DNA of 51,714 nt from a virus, in the IMG/VR virus record IMGVR_UViG_3300021389_000035, positions 1 through 51,714 of that record; one strand, written 5' to 3'. The position numbers were made by a program, and so were the translations under genes. This document shows, piece after piece, positions 1 to 8,022 of the stretch. The stretch's first letter is position 1. Each line of letters opens with the position of its first letter. Below the pieces are notes generated by a model, which worked only from the letters and a program-made list of their open reading frames with translations, had not been told where the DNA came from and ran no database searches.

Positions 1-2
1 AG

Positions 3-260
3 TACTATAATGGTAAGATGGATCAAAAAGAGTTACTTGCTACTGGATGGGATTTAGATCCATTCGATGGACTCAAAGTACTCAAGGGTGACATGGATTT
101 GTATTATGATGCAGATCCTGAGATTCAAAAGTCCGAAGAGAAGATACAATACTATAATACAATTATAGATACATTGAAAGAAATCGTTCAAAGTCTTAAC
201 TGGCGACACCAAACGATTGGTAACATGATTCGATATAGGGCATTTGAAGCGGGTGCATAA
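3..260 (+). CDS. uvsY: UvsY-like recombination mediator, C-terminal part (frame open to window edge; internal ATG at 18)
   Basis: C-terminus ...GNMIRYRAFEAGA resembles the T4 UvsY C-terminus (...DMRAFEAGK, recalled from memory). It lies just upstream of uvsW as in T4-type phages. No stop in frame between nt 3 and 18. Confidence 0.6.
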   Translation, partial: YYNGKMDQKELLATGWDLDPFDGLKVLKGDMDLYYDADPEIQKSEEKIQYYNTIIDTLKEIVQSLNWRHQTIGNMIRYRAFEAGA

Positions 261-359
261 TGCGACAGTATGATGATGAAGATGTAGATAAAGCAAACTG
301 GTTACACGAACATGGCATGTGTGTAGACTTTAACATGATTGACTTAGCAAAGAGACTGT

Positions 360-1871
360 ATGAACAAAGACAACACGATACGGGTGAGAATGTTAAACCA
401 TTCTTATCTGGCGATAGAGAGTAACGCACACCAAGAAATGGAGTTGCGGGAATTCTTTGCGTTTTTTGTTCCCGGCTACAAATATATGCCGGCATACAAA
501 CGTAAGGTTTGGGACGGTCGTGTGAAACTTTATAACACAGTGACAAAAAGTCTTAATGTTGGACTGTACCATCATCTGCGTAAATTCTGTGGTGATAGAT
601 TCTATCCTTTACAGATACTAGAACACGAAGAGTATGGTATTCCTAGTTCAACTACCAAGGTGAATCATCCCGAGTTGGTCAACTACCTAGGAAACCTCGG
701 TAGTCCGTTCGATACGAGAGATTACCAGTACGAAGCGATATCCCATGGTATTGAAAACAAGCGGTGTTTATTACTATCTCCAACCGGCAGCGGCAAGAGT
801 TTTATTATATACAATTTATTGCGGTTTGTCAAGGATAAAGAAAACGTAGGTAAAGTTTTAGTTATTGTTCCTACAACAAGTCTGGTAGAACAGATGTATA
901 AAGACTTCATCGACTATGGTTATGACGTGGAGAATGAATGCCACAGGATCTACTCTGGTAAGGAGAAGGTTACTGATAAAGACGTTATCATCTCTACATG
1001 GCAGTCGATCTATAAGTTTGGCCCCGAGTGGTTCGAACAATTCGATGCAGTGTTTGGTGATGAAGTGCATCTATTCAAGGCAAAGTCTCTATCTACTATG
1101 ATGGATAAATGTGTTAATGCTAAGTATAGATTCGGTACTACCGGTACACTAGATGGTACCGAGACGAACAAACTTGTACTTGAGGGTTTGTTTGGCCCTG
1201 TATATAAGGTTACTACTACTGCAAAGTTGCAAGAAGAGAAAACACTTGCTGATCTAGAGATCTCGATTCTTCTTCTGAGGTATCACAATGATATCTGTCA
1301 ACGGATGAAGGACAAGACCTATCAGGAAGAAATTGACTACATAGTTACAAATGAACGAAGGAATAAGTTCATCACTAAACTTACAAAAGACCTAGATGGT
1401 AATAGTTTGGTCATGTTTCAGTTCGTAGAAAAACACGGTAAGGTTTTATACGAAATGATTAAAGACGCGGTATCTGATACCAACCGGAAAGTGTTCTATG
1501 TTTCTGGTGAAGTTGATGCGACTGACCGTGAGAAAATTAGGGGAATAGTGGAGAAAGAAAATGATGCAATTATTGTCGCTAGTTTGGGGACTTTTAGTAC
1601 TGGTATCAATATTAGGAATCTGCACAATATTGTTTTTGGGACTCCATCAAAGTCTCAAGTCAAAGTACTTCAGTCAATCGGACGTGGACTCAGACAATCC
1701 GACAACGAAGCAGTGACCAAGTTATTTGATATCGCTGACGACTTCTCTGTAAAAGGACACCGTAACTTTACTTTAAACCATTCGGGTGAACGTGTTAAGA
1801 TGTACACGAAAGAGGGTTTTAAGTATAAGATATATAAGATAGACCTAAAAGGAAACGATGATGATATATGA
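360..1871 (+). CDS. uvsW: UvsW-type SF2 helicase
   Basis: 503 aa, collinear by eye with T4 UvsW (IRVR..ELREFFAF..WDGRVKL). Walker A LSPTGSGKS, DEVH box (FGDEVH), motif VI QSIGRGLR. Confidence 0.9.
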   Translation: MNKDNTIRVRMLNHSYLAIESNAHQEMELREFFAFFVPGYKYMPAYKRKVWDGRVKLYNTVTKSLNVGLYHHLRKFCGDRFYPLQILEHEEYGIPSSTTKVNHPELVNYLGNLGSPFDTRDYQYEAISHGIENKRCLLLSPTGSGKSFIIYNLLRFVKDKENVGKVLVIVPTTSLVEQMYKDFIDYGYDVENECHRIYSGKEKVTDKDVIISTWQSIYKFGPEWFEQFDAVFGDEVHLFKAKSLSTMMDKCVNAKYRFGTTGTLDGTETNKLVLEGLFGPVYKVTTTAKLQEEKTLADLEISILLLRYHNDICQRMKDKTYQEEIDYIVTNERRNKFITKLTKDLDGNSLVMFQFVEKHGKVLYEMIKDAVSDTNRKVFYVSGEVDATDREKIRGIVEKENDAIIVASLGTFSTGINIRNLHNIVFGTPSKSQVKVLQSIGRGLRQSDNEAVTKLFDIADDFSVKGHRNFTLNHSGERVKMYTKEGFKYKIYKIDLKGNDDDI

Positions 1872-2247
1872 TTTAAAACAAGTGAAACAACTCAAGTTAT
1901 CCACTGGTGAAGAGATCATGTGTGAGATCCTTGAGGAAGATGATTATGATCTTATTATTAGAAATCCTCTTACCATCCAGTTTGCGCAAACCGAAGATGG
2001 CCAGAGAATGTGGTCGTTCCGTTTGTTCATGTGTTATCAGGATGATCCGGATAGATTCATTCTTTTGAAGTTGGATAAGATTGTCAGTATCGCTAATCCA
2101 GTTGACGAAATTTTGAAACAGTATGTTCAAGCAGTTGATTCTATCATGGATTATGAAGGTACTGAACCAGAGTATGACGATGAGTTTGTTTCGATGGATA
2201 GTGACTCACCTAATAACATTTTAAAGTTCCCTACAACCATTCACTAA
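1858..2247 (+). CDS. hypothetical acidic protein
   Basis: 129-aa ORF whose ATG overlaps the uvsW 3' end by 14 nt. Same strand and codon style as neighbours. No motif recognised. Confidence 0.55.
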   Translation: MMIYDLKQVKQLKLSTGEEIMCEILEEDDYDLIIRNPLTIQFAQTEDGQRMWSFRLFMCYQDDPDRFILLKLDKIVSIANPVDEILKQYVQAVDSIMDYEGTEPEYDDEFVSMDSDSPNNILKFPTTIH

Positions 2248-2320
2248 ACGTTACATTGACTGGGGGGCAGACAACATGCTTATTTTATCATATAAATTTT
2301 AATATGGCAAGGATTATTTT

Positions 2321-2776
2321 ATGAAAGTTGGTTTTACCTGTTCTGCATTTGATCTGTTACATGCAGGTCACGTTCAGATGTTGCGTAATGCAAAAGAACA
2401 ATGTGATTATCTTATTGTGGGTCTACAGACAGATCCTAGCGTAGACCGTTCCGATAAGAACTCCCCTATCCAGACCATCGTTGAACGATACAGTCAACTC
2501 AATGCCTGTAAGTATGTCGATGAGATTATCCCCTATACCACAGAGTCAGACTTGGAAGATATCTTATCCATGTGTCATATCGATGTTCGTATATTGGGGG
2601 AGGAATACAAGGACATGGATTTTACGGGAAAGGATATCGGTAAAAAACGTGGTATCCAACTTTACTTCAATGAAAGGTCTCACAGATTTTCTTCTAGTGA
2701 TTTGAGAAAGAGAGTTGAGAAGGCTGGGACTTTAAATATTTTAAAAACAAACCTTGACATTCCCGACCCATTTTAG
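2321..2776 (+). CDS. cytidylyltransferase-family nucleotidyltransferase (TagD / RfaE-domain-II-like)
   Basis: 151 aa. GFTCSAFDLLHAGHVQML carries the HxGH signature. C-terminal RFSSSDLRKR resembles the ISSTxIR motif. AAGGA RBS upstream. Confidence 0.8.
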   Translation: MKVGFTCSAFDLLHAGHVQMLRNAKEQCDYLIVGLQTDPSVDRSDKNSPIQTIVERYSQLNACKYVDEIIPYTTESDLEDILSMCHIDVRILGEEYKDMDFTGKDIGKKRGIQLYFNERSHRFSSSDLRKRVEKAGTLNILKTNLDIPDPF

Positions 2777-2782
2777 TATAAT
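2754..2782 (+). promoter_or_regulatory. sigma70-type promoter for gene 55
   Basis: TTGACA 2754-2759, 17-nt spacer, TATAAT 2777-2782. Lies inside the last 23 nt of the preceding ORF. Confidence 0.7.
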
Positions 2783-2808
2783 AGGGTAAATATAAAGTGA
2801 GAGTACCA

Positions 2809-3393
2809 ATGAAACCTAAAGATAGACCGCATTATGTAAACAATAAAGAGTTCTCCTTAGCGGTAGTAGACTACTGTGAAAGTGTACAGAATGCCACCGA
2901 AAACGGTGATGAACGTCCGATGATTAACGATTATATCGCATCGTGTTTTCTGAAGATCGCAGAAGGACTTTCACACAAGTCCAACTTTGTTCGTTACACT
3001 TACCGTGAAGAGATGGTCATGGATGCAGTAGAAAACTGTCTCAAGGCTATCGAGAACTATGACATCACTAAAGTTACTCGCACCAACGCACCCAATGCTT
3101 TCGCATACTTTACACAGATCTCTTGGTACGCATTCCTCCGAAGAATCCAGAAAGAAAAGAAACAACAAGACATTAAGATGAAGTATATCGCAGAAGCGGA
3201 CGTGAGTATGTTTGTTGATGAATCTGCTGATGGTGAATCTTATGGACAACATGTCGTGGAAGGATTACGGCATCGAATTGATACTGTTAAAGATGCGGAT
3301 AAACAGTTCAAAGACTATGTTAAAGAAGAAAAGAAACAACGGAAGAGACGTGCAGTTAATGTCGATTCTGATCTTAGTGATTTTCTTACTTGA
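2809..3393 (+). CDS. gp55: gp55-type late-transcription sigma factor
   Basis: Collinear with T4 gp55 from memory (..YVNNKEF.., ..IAEGLS.., ..AFAYFTQI...RRIQKEKK). ATG 2809 preferred over in-frame GTG 2797. Confidence 0.85.
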   Translation: MKPKDRPHYVNNKEFSLAVVDYCESVQNATENGDERPMINDYIASCFLKIAEGLSHKSNFVRYTYREEMVMDAVENCLKAIENYDITKVTRTNAPNAFAYFTQISWYAFLRRIQKEKKQQDIKMKYIAEADVSMFVDESADGESYGQHVVEGLRHRIDTVKDADKQFKDYVKEEKKQRKRRAVNVDSDLSDFLT

Positions 3394-3418
3394 CAGACTG
3401 ATCTTTATCATGTATAAT
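3390..3418 (+). promoter_or_regulatory. sigma70-type promoter for gene 47
   Basis: TTGACA 3390-3395 (contains the gp55 TGA stop), 17-nt spacer, TATAAT 3413-3418. Confidence 0.7.
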
Positions 3419-3448
3419 AGTAACATCTATTAATAAAATGAGTATTAT

Positions 3449-4513
3449 ATGAAGCTGGCTATACTGAACGACACTCATGCAGGGTGTCGTAATTCTTCTG
3501 ATATCTTTATGGGTTACCAAGAACGTTTCTATTCGGAGGTGTTCTTCCCGTATCTGTTGGAGAATAATATCACCCAGATTCTCCATCTCGGAGATTACTA
3601 CGACAATCGTAAGACTATCAACTTCAAAGCACTTGCGCATAACCGTAAGATCTTTCTGGAGAAGTTGAGAGAGTATGGTATCACGATGGATATCATTCCG
3701 GGCAACCACGATGTGTACTATAAGAATACCAATGAGTTGAACGCGTTGAAGGAACTCCAAGGTCACTACATGAATGAGGTTAACCTTATCATGGAACCGA
3801 CTACTATGGAGTATGGTGGACTGAAGGTTGCAATGGTTCCTTGGATCAATCCCGAGAATGAGAAATCTACTCTGGAATTCCTGAAGACTACCAAGGCAGA
3901 AGTCGTGGGTGCACACCTTGAACTTGCAGGATTCGAGATGGCTCGTGGTCAAGTCTGTAAGGATGGTATGGATAAGTCTGCGTTTGATCGGTTCGAAACT
4001 GTATTGACCGGACACTTTCATGCAAAATCTTCGCAGGGTAATATCCATTACCTTGGTGCACAGATGGAATTCTTCTGGAATGATTGCGGTGACCCTAAAC
4101 ACTTCCATGTCCTTGATACCAAAACAAGAGAACTGGAAGCAGTCCATAACCCAATCACTATCTACGAGAAGATTTACTACGACCACGAGAAGATGGATGA
4201 TTGGAAGTTCAAGGATATGTCTTACTTAGATAATAAGTTTGTCAAGATTATAGTGAACAATAAGGGTGATGCTCTACAGTTCGAACGTTTTGTGGATCGT
4301 GTACAACAACAGAAGATTCATGAACTGAAGATTGCAGAAGACTTCAAAGATTTCCTTGGTGAGAATGTGGGTGACGAAAACATATCTGTTGACGATACTC
4401 ATACTTTAGTCAACGATTATATTGACAATGTTAATACTGATCTGAATAAGGATAGAATCAAAACAGAGATTTCGTACCTTATGAAAGAAGCTCAGAGTAT
4501 GGAAGTAATTTAA
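3449..4513 (+). CDS. gp47: gp47 / Mre11(SbcD)-type recombination nuclease subunit
   Basis: 354 aa. Calcineurin-like phosphoesterase motifs LNDTHAG, LGDYYD, GNHD, TGHFH. Directly precedes the Rad50-like gene as in T4. Confidence 0.9.
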   Translation: MKLAILNDTHAGCRNSSDIFMGYQERFYSEVFFPYLLENNITQILHLGDYYDNRKTINFKALAHNRKIFLEKLREYGITMDIIPGNHDVYYKNTNELNALKELQGHYMNEVNLIMEPTTMEYGGLKVAMVPWINPENEKSTLEFLKTTKAEVVGAHLELAGFEMARGQVCKDGMDKSAFDRFETVLTGHFHAKSSQGNIHYLGAQMEFFWNDCGDPKHFHVLDTKTRELEAVHNPITIYEKIYYDHEKMDDWKFKDMSYLDNKFVKIIVNNKGDALQFERFVDRVQQQKIHELKIAEDFKDFLGENVGDENISVDDTHTLVNDYIDNVNTDLNKDRIKTEISYLMKEAQSMEVI

Positions 4514-4514
4514 C

Positions 4515-4543
4515 TTGACAACCTGTGACTAATGGTGTATAAT
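4515..4543 (+). promoter_or_regulatory. sigma70-type promoter for gene 46 (predicted leaderless transcript)
   Basis: TTGACA 4515-4520, 17-nt spacer, TATAAT 4538-4543. The ATG at 4551 is only 7 nt after the -10. Confidence 0.65.
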
Positions 4544-4550
4544 ACCCTTT

Positions 4551-6272
4551 ATGATAAAATTTAAACAACTTCGATATAAAAACTTCCTGTCATCTGGTAA
4601 TGCCTTTACAGAGATAGACTTTACTGCATCCTCTACGACATTGGTCGTGGGTCATAATGGTGCGGGTAAGTCTACTATGTTGGACGCATTATCCTTTGGT
4701 TTGTTTGGTAAACCTCACCGTAAGATCTCTAAAGGACAACTGGTCAATACCATTAATGGTAAAGGAACAGTTGTTGAAGTTGAGTTCTCTATGGGTTCAC
4801 AGGAATATAAGATTGTTCGTGGGATAAAACCTAACATATTCGAAATCTGGGTTGGTGGCAATATGATCAACCAAGACTCTCATGCAAAAGAATATCAGTC
4901 TATGCTTGAGAAGAATATACTAAAACTTACCCACAAATCTTTTCACCAGATTGTTGTTCTCGGATCAAGTTCCTTTGTTCCGTTTATGCAGTTGACCGGT
5001 GGTGCGAGACGTGAGGTAATCGAGGATCTTCTCGACATCAATATCTTCTCTAAGATGAATAGTATTCTGAAAGAAAAGATGTCTGTGTTGAGAGATCAGA
5101 TAACCACGAATGGTTACAACATAGAGATGTGTAAGACTAAGATAAACTCACAGAAGAAGTATCTACGTGATTTGTCTGCAATCAACACAGCACATCGTAA
5201 AGAGAAAGAGTCAGAGATTGAGGCTAACCAGACTGAGATTGAGTTTCTTCAGGGATACAATACTGAACACATGGAGATTGTGACGACACAACTAGAAGAC
5301 GTGTCGAAGAAAATCGAAGGTATAAACTCCAATCGTAACAAACTGATCGAGTACCAATCGACCTTCAAATCACAGATTAAGACTGTGGTTAAGGAAGCGA
5401 AGTTCTTTGACGAGAACGAACACTGTCCTACCTGTGACCAAGGTATTGCCGAAGACCTACGTGAGTCCAAGAAGGTATCTGCGAAGTCACGTGCAAAGGA
5501 ACTGAACTCTGCAATGTCTAAGTCAACTCAACAGATGGGGACTTACGATGAACAACTTGTAGAACTCCATAGTCGGTTAGAAGAGGCCAAGACTTTACAG
5601 AACAATGTGAATAACAATAACCAGATGATTGCTAGGTTATACAAACAGAATGATAGTATTCGTTCTGATATGGATTCACAGTCAGAAACCACCGGCGACC
5701 TCAAGAGTGCTAACGAAGAGTTAGAGACTTTGAACACCGAACTGCACAAAACTCAGGACGAGAAGTATATCCTTGCTGAACAGTACTCGTACAACCAAGT
5801 GAATGCTGAGTTGTTACGTGATACCGGCATCAAGACCAAGATCATCAAACAGTACATTCCGGTCATCAATCAACTGACCAACCAGTACCTACAGATCTTG
5901 GACTTCTTTGTACATTTCGATCTGGACGAGAGTTTTCAAGAGACTATCCGGTCACGTTTCCGTGATAACTTCTCTTACGATTCTTTCTCGGAAGGTGAGA
6001 AACAACGAATCGATTTGTCTCTATTGTTTACGTGGAGACAGATTGCTAAGATGAAGAATTCAGTCGCAACCAATCTATTGATTTTGGACGAGACTTTTGA
6101 TTCATCATTAGACGATGATGGGGTTGACAATCTTATGAAAATCCTGTATAGTCTAGGGGAAGAGACAAACGTTTTTGTTATCTCTCACAAGTCGGAACTT
6201 GAGGATGCTCAATTCCAACGTAAACTGGAATTTGTTAAAGAGAAAAACTTTTCCAAATTAAAAGCTGCATAA
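4551..6272 (+). CDS. gp46: gp46 / Rad50(SbcC)-type recombination ATPase subunit
   Basis: 573 aa. Walker A GHNGAGKST, zinc-hook CPTC in a central coiled coil, signature FSEGEKQR, Walker B LLILDE. N-terminus collinear with T4 gp46. Confidence 0.9.
   Translation: MIKFKQLRYKNFLSSGNAFTEIDFTASSTTLVVGHNGAGKSTMLDALSFGLFGKPHRKISKGQLVNTINGKGTVVEVEFSMGSQEYKIVRGIKPNIFEIWVGGNMINQDSHAKEYQSMLEKNILKLTHKSFHQIVVLGSSSFVPFMQLTGGARREVIEDLLDINIFSKMNSILKEKMSVLRDQITTNGYNIEMCKTKINSQKKYLRDLSAINTAHRKEKESEIEANQTEIEFLQGYNTEHMEIVTTQLEDVSKKIEGINSNRNKLIEYQSTFKSQIKTVVKEAKFFDENEHCPTCDQGIAEDLRESKKVSAKSRAKELNSAMSKSTQQMGTYDEQLVELHSRLEEAKTLQNNVNNNNQMIARLYKQNDSIRSDMDSQSETTGDLKSANEELETLNTELHKTQDEKYILAEQYSYNQVNAELLRDTGIKTKIIKQYIPVINQLTNQYLQILDFFVHFDLDESFQETIRSRFRDNFSYDSFSEGEKQRIDLSLLFTWRQIAKMKNSVATNLLILDETFDSSLDDDGVDNLMKILYSLGEETNVFVISHKSELEDAQFQRKLEFVKEKNFSKLKAA
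6124..6152 (+). promoter_or_regulatory. possible additional promoter inside the gene 46 3' end
   Basis: TTGACA 6124-6129, 17-nt spacer, TATAGT 6147-6152. Located in coding sequence, so it could be chance. Confidence 0.3.
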
Positions 6273-6275
6273 GGG

Positions 6276-6304
6276 TTGACAAACGTTGCCCAATGTTATA
6301 TAAT
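6276..6304 (+). promoter_or_regulatory. sigma70-type promoter for gene 45
   Basis: TTGACA 6276-6281, 17-nt spacer, TATAAT 6299-6304, in the 61-nt gap after gene 46. Confidence 0.7.
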
Positions 6305-6333
6305 GACTGTATATTAACTGAGAGAACTAAATC

Positions 6334-7011
6334 ATGGAACTATCTGATCGTACCTTATCGGTACTTAAAAACTTCGCAAACATCAATTCTAACATTGTGT
6401 TTCGTGAAGGCAATGAACTAAAAACTATTTCGGTCGCAAAGAACATTCTTGCAAAAGTTACCCTAGATGACGATATCCCATCCACCTTCGGTATCTACGA
6501 CCTTAATGAATTCCTTAGTGTGTTGGGTCTAGTTGAGAAACCCGCACTAAGATTCGAAAAGACTCACGTAGTAGTCTCTGACTCTACCGGTCTTCGTGGT
6601 AACCGTTACTTCTATTCTGACATTGATATGTTGTCTGCACCTAGTAAAGATGTCATCATGCCAGAACCAGAAGTTAAGTTTACCCTAGATACTGATACAT
6701 TGAGTCGATTGAAGCGTGCGTCCTCTGTCCTAGGACACGATACTATCTCTATCACCCCCGAAGGTAAGTCTATCAAACTTACTGTGGTTGATAACGATGA
6801 CGCAACTTCTAATAGTTTCTTCTCATATGTTGAAGGAGAGTTCCAAGAAGGAGTTGATTTCAACTTTGTCCTGAATGTGAACAACTTGAAGATTGTTTCC
6901 GAAGACTTTGAGGTTGGTATTTCTAAGAAATTGATCTCTAACTTTAAGTCGAAACAATCGTCCATTGAATATTTTATTGCACTTGAAAAATCATCTACCT
7001 ACGGAGTATAA
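6334..7011 (+). CDS. gp45: gp45 sliding clamp
   Basis: 225 aa. Collinear with T4 gp45 from memory (M.LS..T...LKNFA.INS.I; IYDLNEFL; C-terminal ..ALE..S). Same length class as T4 gp45 (228 aa). Confidence 0.9.
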   Translation: MELSDRTLSVLKNFANINSNIVFREGNELKTISVAKNILAKVTLDDDIPSTFGIYDLNEFLSVLGLVEKPALRFEKTHVVVSDSTGLRGNRYFYSDIDMLSAPSKDVIMPEPEVKFTLDTDTLSRLKRASSVLGHDTISITPEGKSIKLTVVDNDDATSNSFFSYVEGEFQEGVDFNFVLNVNNLKIVSEDFEVGISKKLISNFKSKQSSIEYFIALEKSSTYGV

Positions 7012-7014
7012 GAA

Positions 7015-7233
7015 ATGAGTAACAAAGAAAAGGCACCAACACCACCAGTTAAAGACGAACGTATCGCAGTACTGTTAGACCTCGCTAATCGAGTCTCACG
7101 ATCTACTGTCGCAGTAATCGATACTGTAGTACAACGTGGTGGCTTCAAAGGTGAAGAATTGTCTACGATTGGTCAGTTGCGAGATCAAGCAATTGAATCT
7201 ATCCAACTAGTTGAACAGTTACAAGACCAGTAA
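7015..7233 (+). CDS. hypothetical protein
   Basis: 72-aa ORF starting 4 nt after the gp45 stop. No motif recognised. Confidence 0.5.
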   Translation: MSNKEKAPTPPVKDERIAVLLDLANRVSRSTVAVIDTVVQRGGFKGEELSTIGQLRDQAIESIQLVEQLQDQ

Positions 7234-7241
7234 CCAACTAA

Positions 7242-7318
7242 GCGTTTGTCGTCTAATTGGATAAGGCATCCGCCTTCTAAGCGGATTATTGCAGGTTCGA
7301 GTCCTGCCAGACGCGCCA
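7242..7318 (+). tRNA. tRNA-Arg (anticodon UCU), CCA encoded
   Basis: Hand-folded cloverleaf. Acceptor GCGTTTG/CAGACGC, D arm GTCT/AGGC, anticodon stem TCCGC/GCGGA with loop CTTCTAA, T arm GCAGG-TTCGAGT-CCTGC, discriminator G plus CCA. Confidence 0.9.
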
Positions 7319-7324
7319 AATAAT

Positions 7325-7398
7325 GCGGGTGTAGTATAGTGGTATTGCAGCGGGTTTCCGACCCGCGAACGGGAGTTCGATTCTCTCCACCCGCTCCA
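7325..7398 (+). tRNA. tRNA-Gly (anticodon UCC), CCA encoded
   Basis: Hand-folded cloverleaf. Acceptor GCGGGTG/CACCCGC, anticodon stem GCGGG/CCCGC with loop TTTCCGA, T arm GGGAG-TTCGATT-CTCTC, discriminator T plus CCA. Confidence 0.9.
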
Positions 7399-7417
7399 TA
7401 TTATTATAGGAGAATGA

Positions 7418-7948
7418 ATGTTGTTTAAAACATATATCCCCGATGTTGTACACCATATGCGGGAACGTGATGAATCTATTGGAGGAGACAATCCTTACAA
7501 ATGGGTTCGTAAGATGACAAGTGAATTGCTTGGAGGGAAGAAGGTTATCGTCTTTGGATTGCCTGGCGCATTTACTCCTACTTGCACTAATGAACAACTA
7601 CCCAACTTCGAACGACTCCATGACGAGTTTGTTGCAGAAGGTATTGAAGAGATCTGGTGCACTTCGGTGAACGATGCATTCTCGATGAACAAGTGGGCCA
7701 AAGACCTTGGTATTATCAAGGTGAAGATGTTACCTGACGGTAACGGTCAGTTTGCAGATGGTATGGGTTACTTAGTTGATAAGTCCAATCTAGGGTTCGG
7801 CAAACGTTCTTGGCGTTACGCACTAGTCATTGATAACATGAGTACTGAACGTTGGTTCGATGAAGACGGTATGTCTGACAATTGTCCGGACGACCCATAC
7901 GAAGTATCTAATCCACAGAATGTCCTTGATACAATACGAAACAGTTAA
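7418..7948 (+). CDS. Prx5-type (atypical 2-Cys) peroxiredoxin
   Basis: 176 aa. KKVIVFGLPGAFTPTC (peroxidatic Cys) ... SVNDAF..NKW pattern typical of the Prx5 subfamily. AGGAG at 7408-7412. Confidence 0.85.
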   Translation: MLFKTYIPDVVHHMRERDESIGGDNPYKWVRKMTSELLGGKKVIVFGLPGAFTPTCTNEQLPNFERLHDEFVAEGIEEIWCTSVNDAFSMNKWAKDLGIIKVKMLPDGNGQFADGMGYLVDKSNLGFGKRSWRYALVIDNMSTERWFDEDGMSDNCPDDPYEVSNPQNVLDTIRNS

Positions 7949-7953
7949 TATTA

Positions 7954-7974
7954 CCCCCCGAAAGGGGGGTTTTT
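7954..7974 (+). terminator. rho-independent terminator
   Basis: CCCCCC(7954-59)-GAAA-GGGGGG(7964-69) followed by TTTTT. Begins 6 nt after the peroxiredoxin stop. Confidence 0.85.
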
Positions 7975-7976
7975 GA

Positions 7977-8005
7977 TTGACAATGAAACACAGGTGTGTT
8001 ATAAT
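7977..8005 (+). promoter_or_regulatory. sigma70-type promoter for gene 44
   Basis: TTGACA 7977-7982, 17-nt spacer, TATAAT 8000-8005. Confidence 0.75.
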
Positions 8006-8022
8006 TACCTGTAAATTAAATT

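Noticed and set aside
260-424. 54-aa + strand ORF (MRQYDDEDVDKANWLHEHGMCVDF...) starting at a TAATG junction after uvsY.
   Set aside because: It overlaps the well-supported uvsW start (360) by 65 nt out of frame. It might be a real uvsY.-1-like mini-gene, but I cannot support it from sequence alone.
3386-4186. 266-aa minus-strand ORF antisense to gene 47. Similar long minus-strand ORFs lie at 13910-14422, 30083-30664, 42561-42962, 47168-47689 and 50865-51386.
   Set aside because: Each lies entirely inside a + strand gene that has clear catalytic motifs or coupling signals. Their translations are low-complexity or Cys/His/Leu-rich with no start context. I treat them as shadow ORFs of a one-strand genome.
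7219-7597. Minus-strand ORFs 7219-7491 and 7286-7597.
   Set aside because: They run through the two tRNA genes and the peroxiredoxin start. The tRNA cloverleaves and Prx motifs on the + strand explain the sequence.
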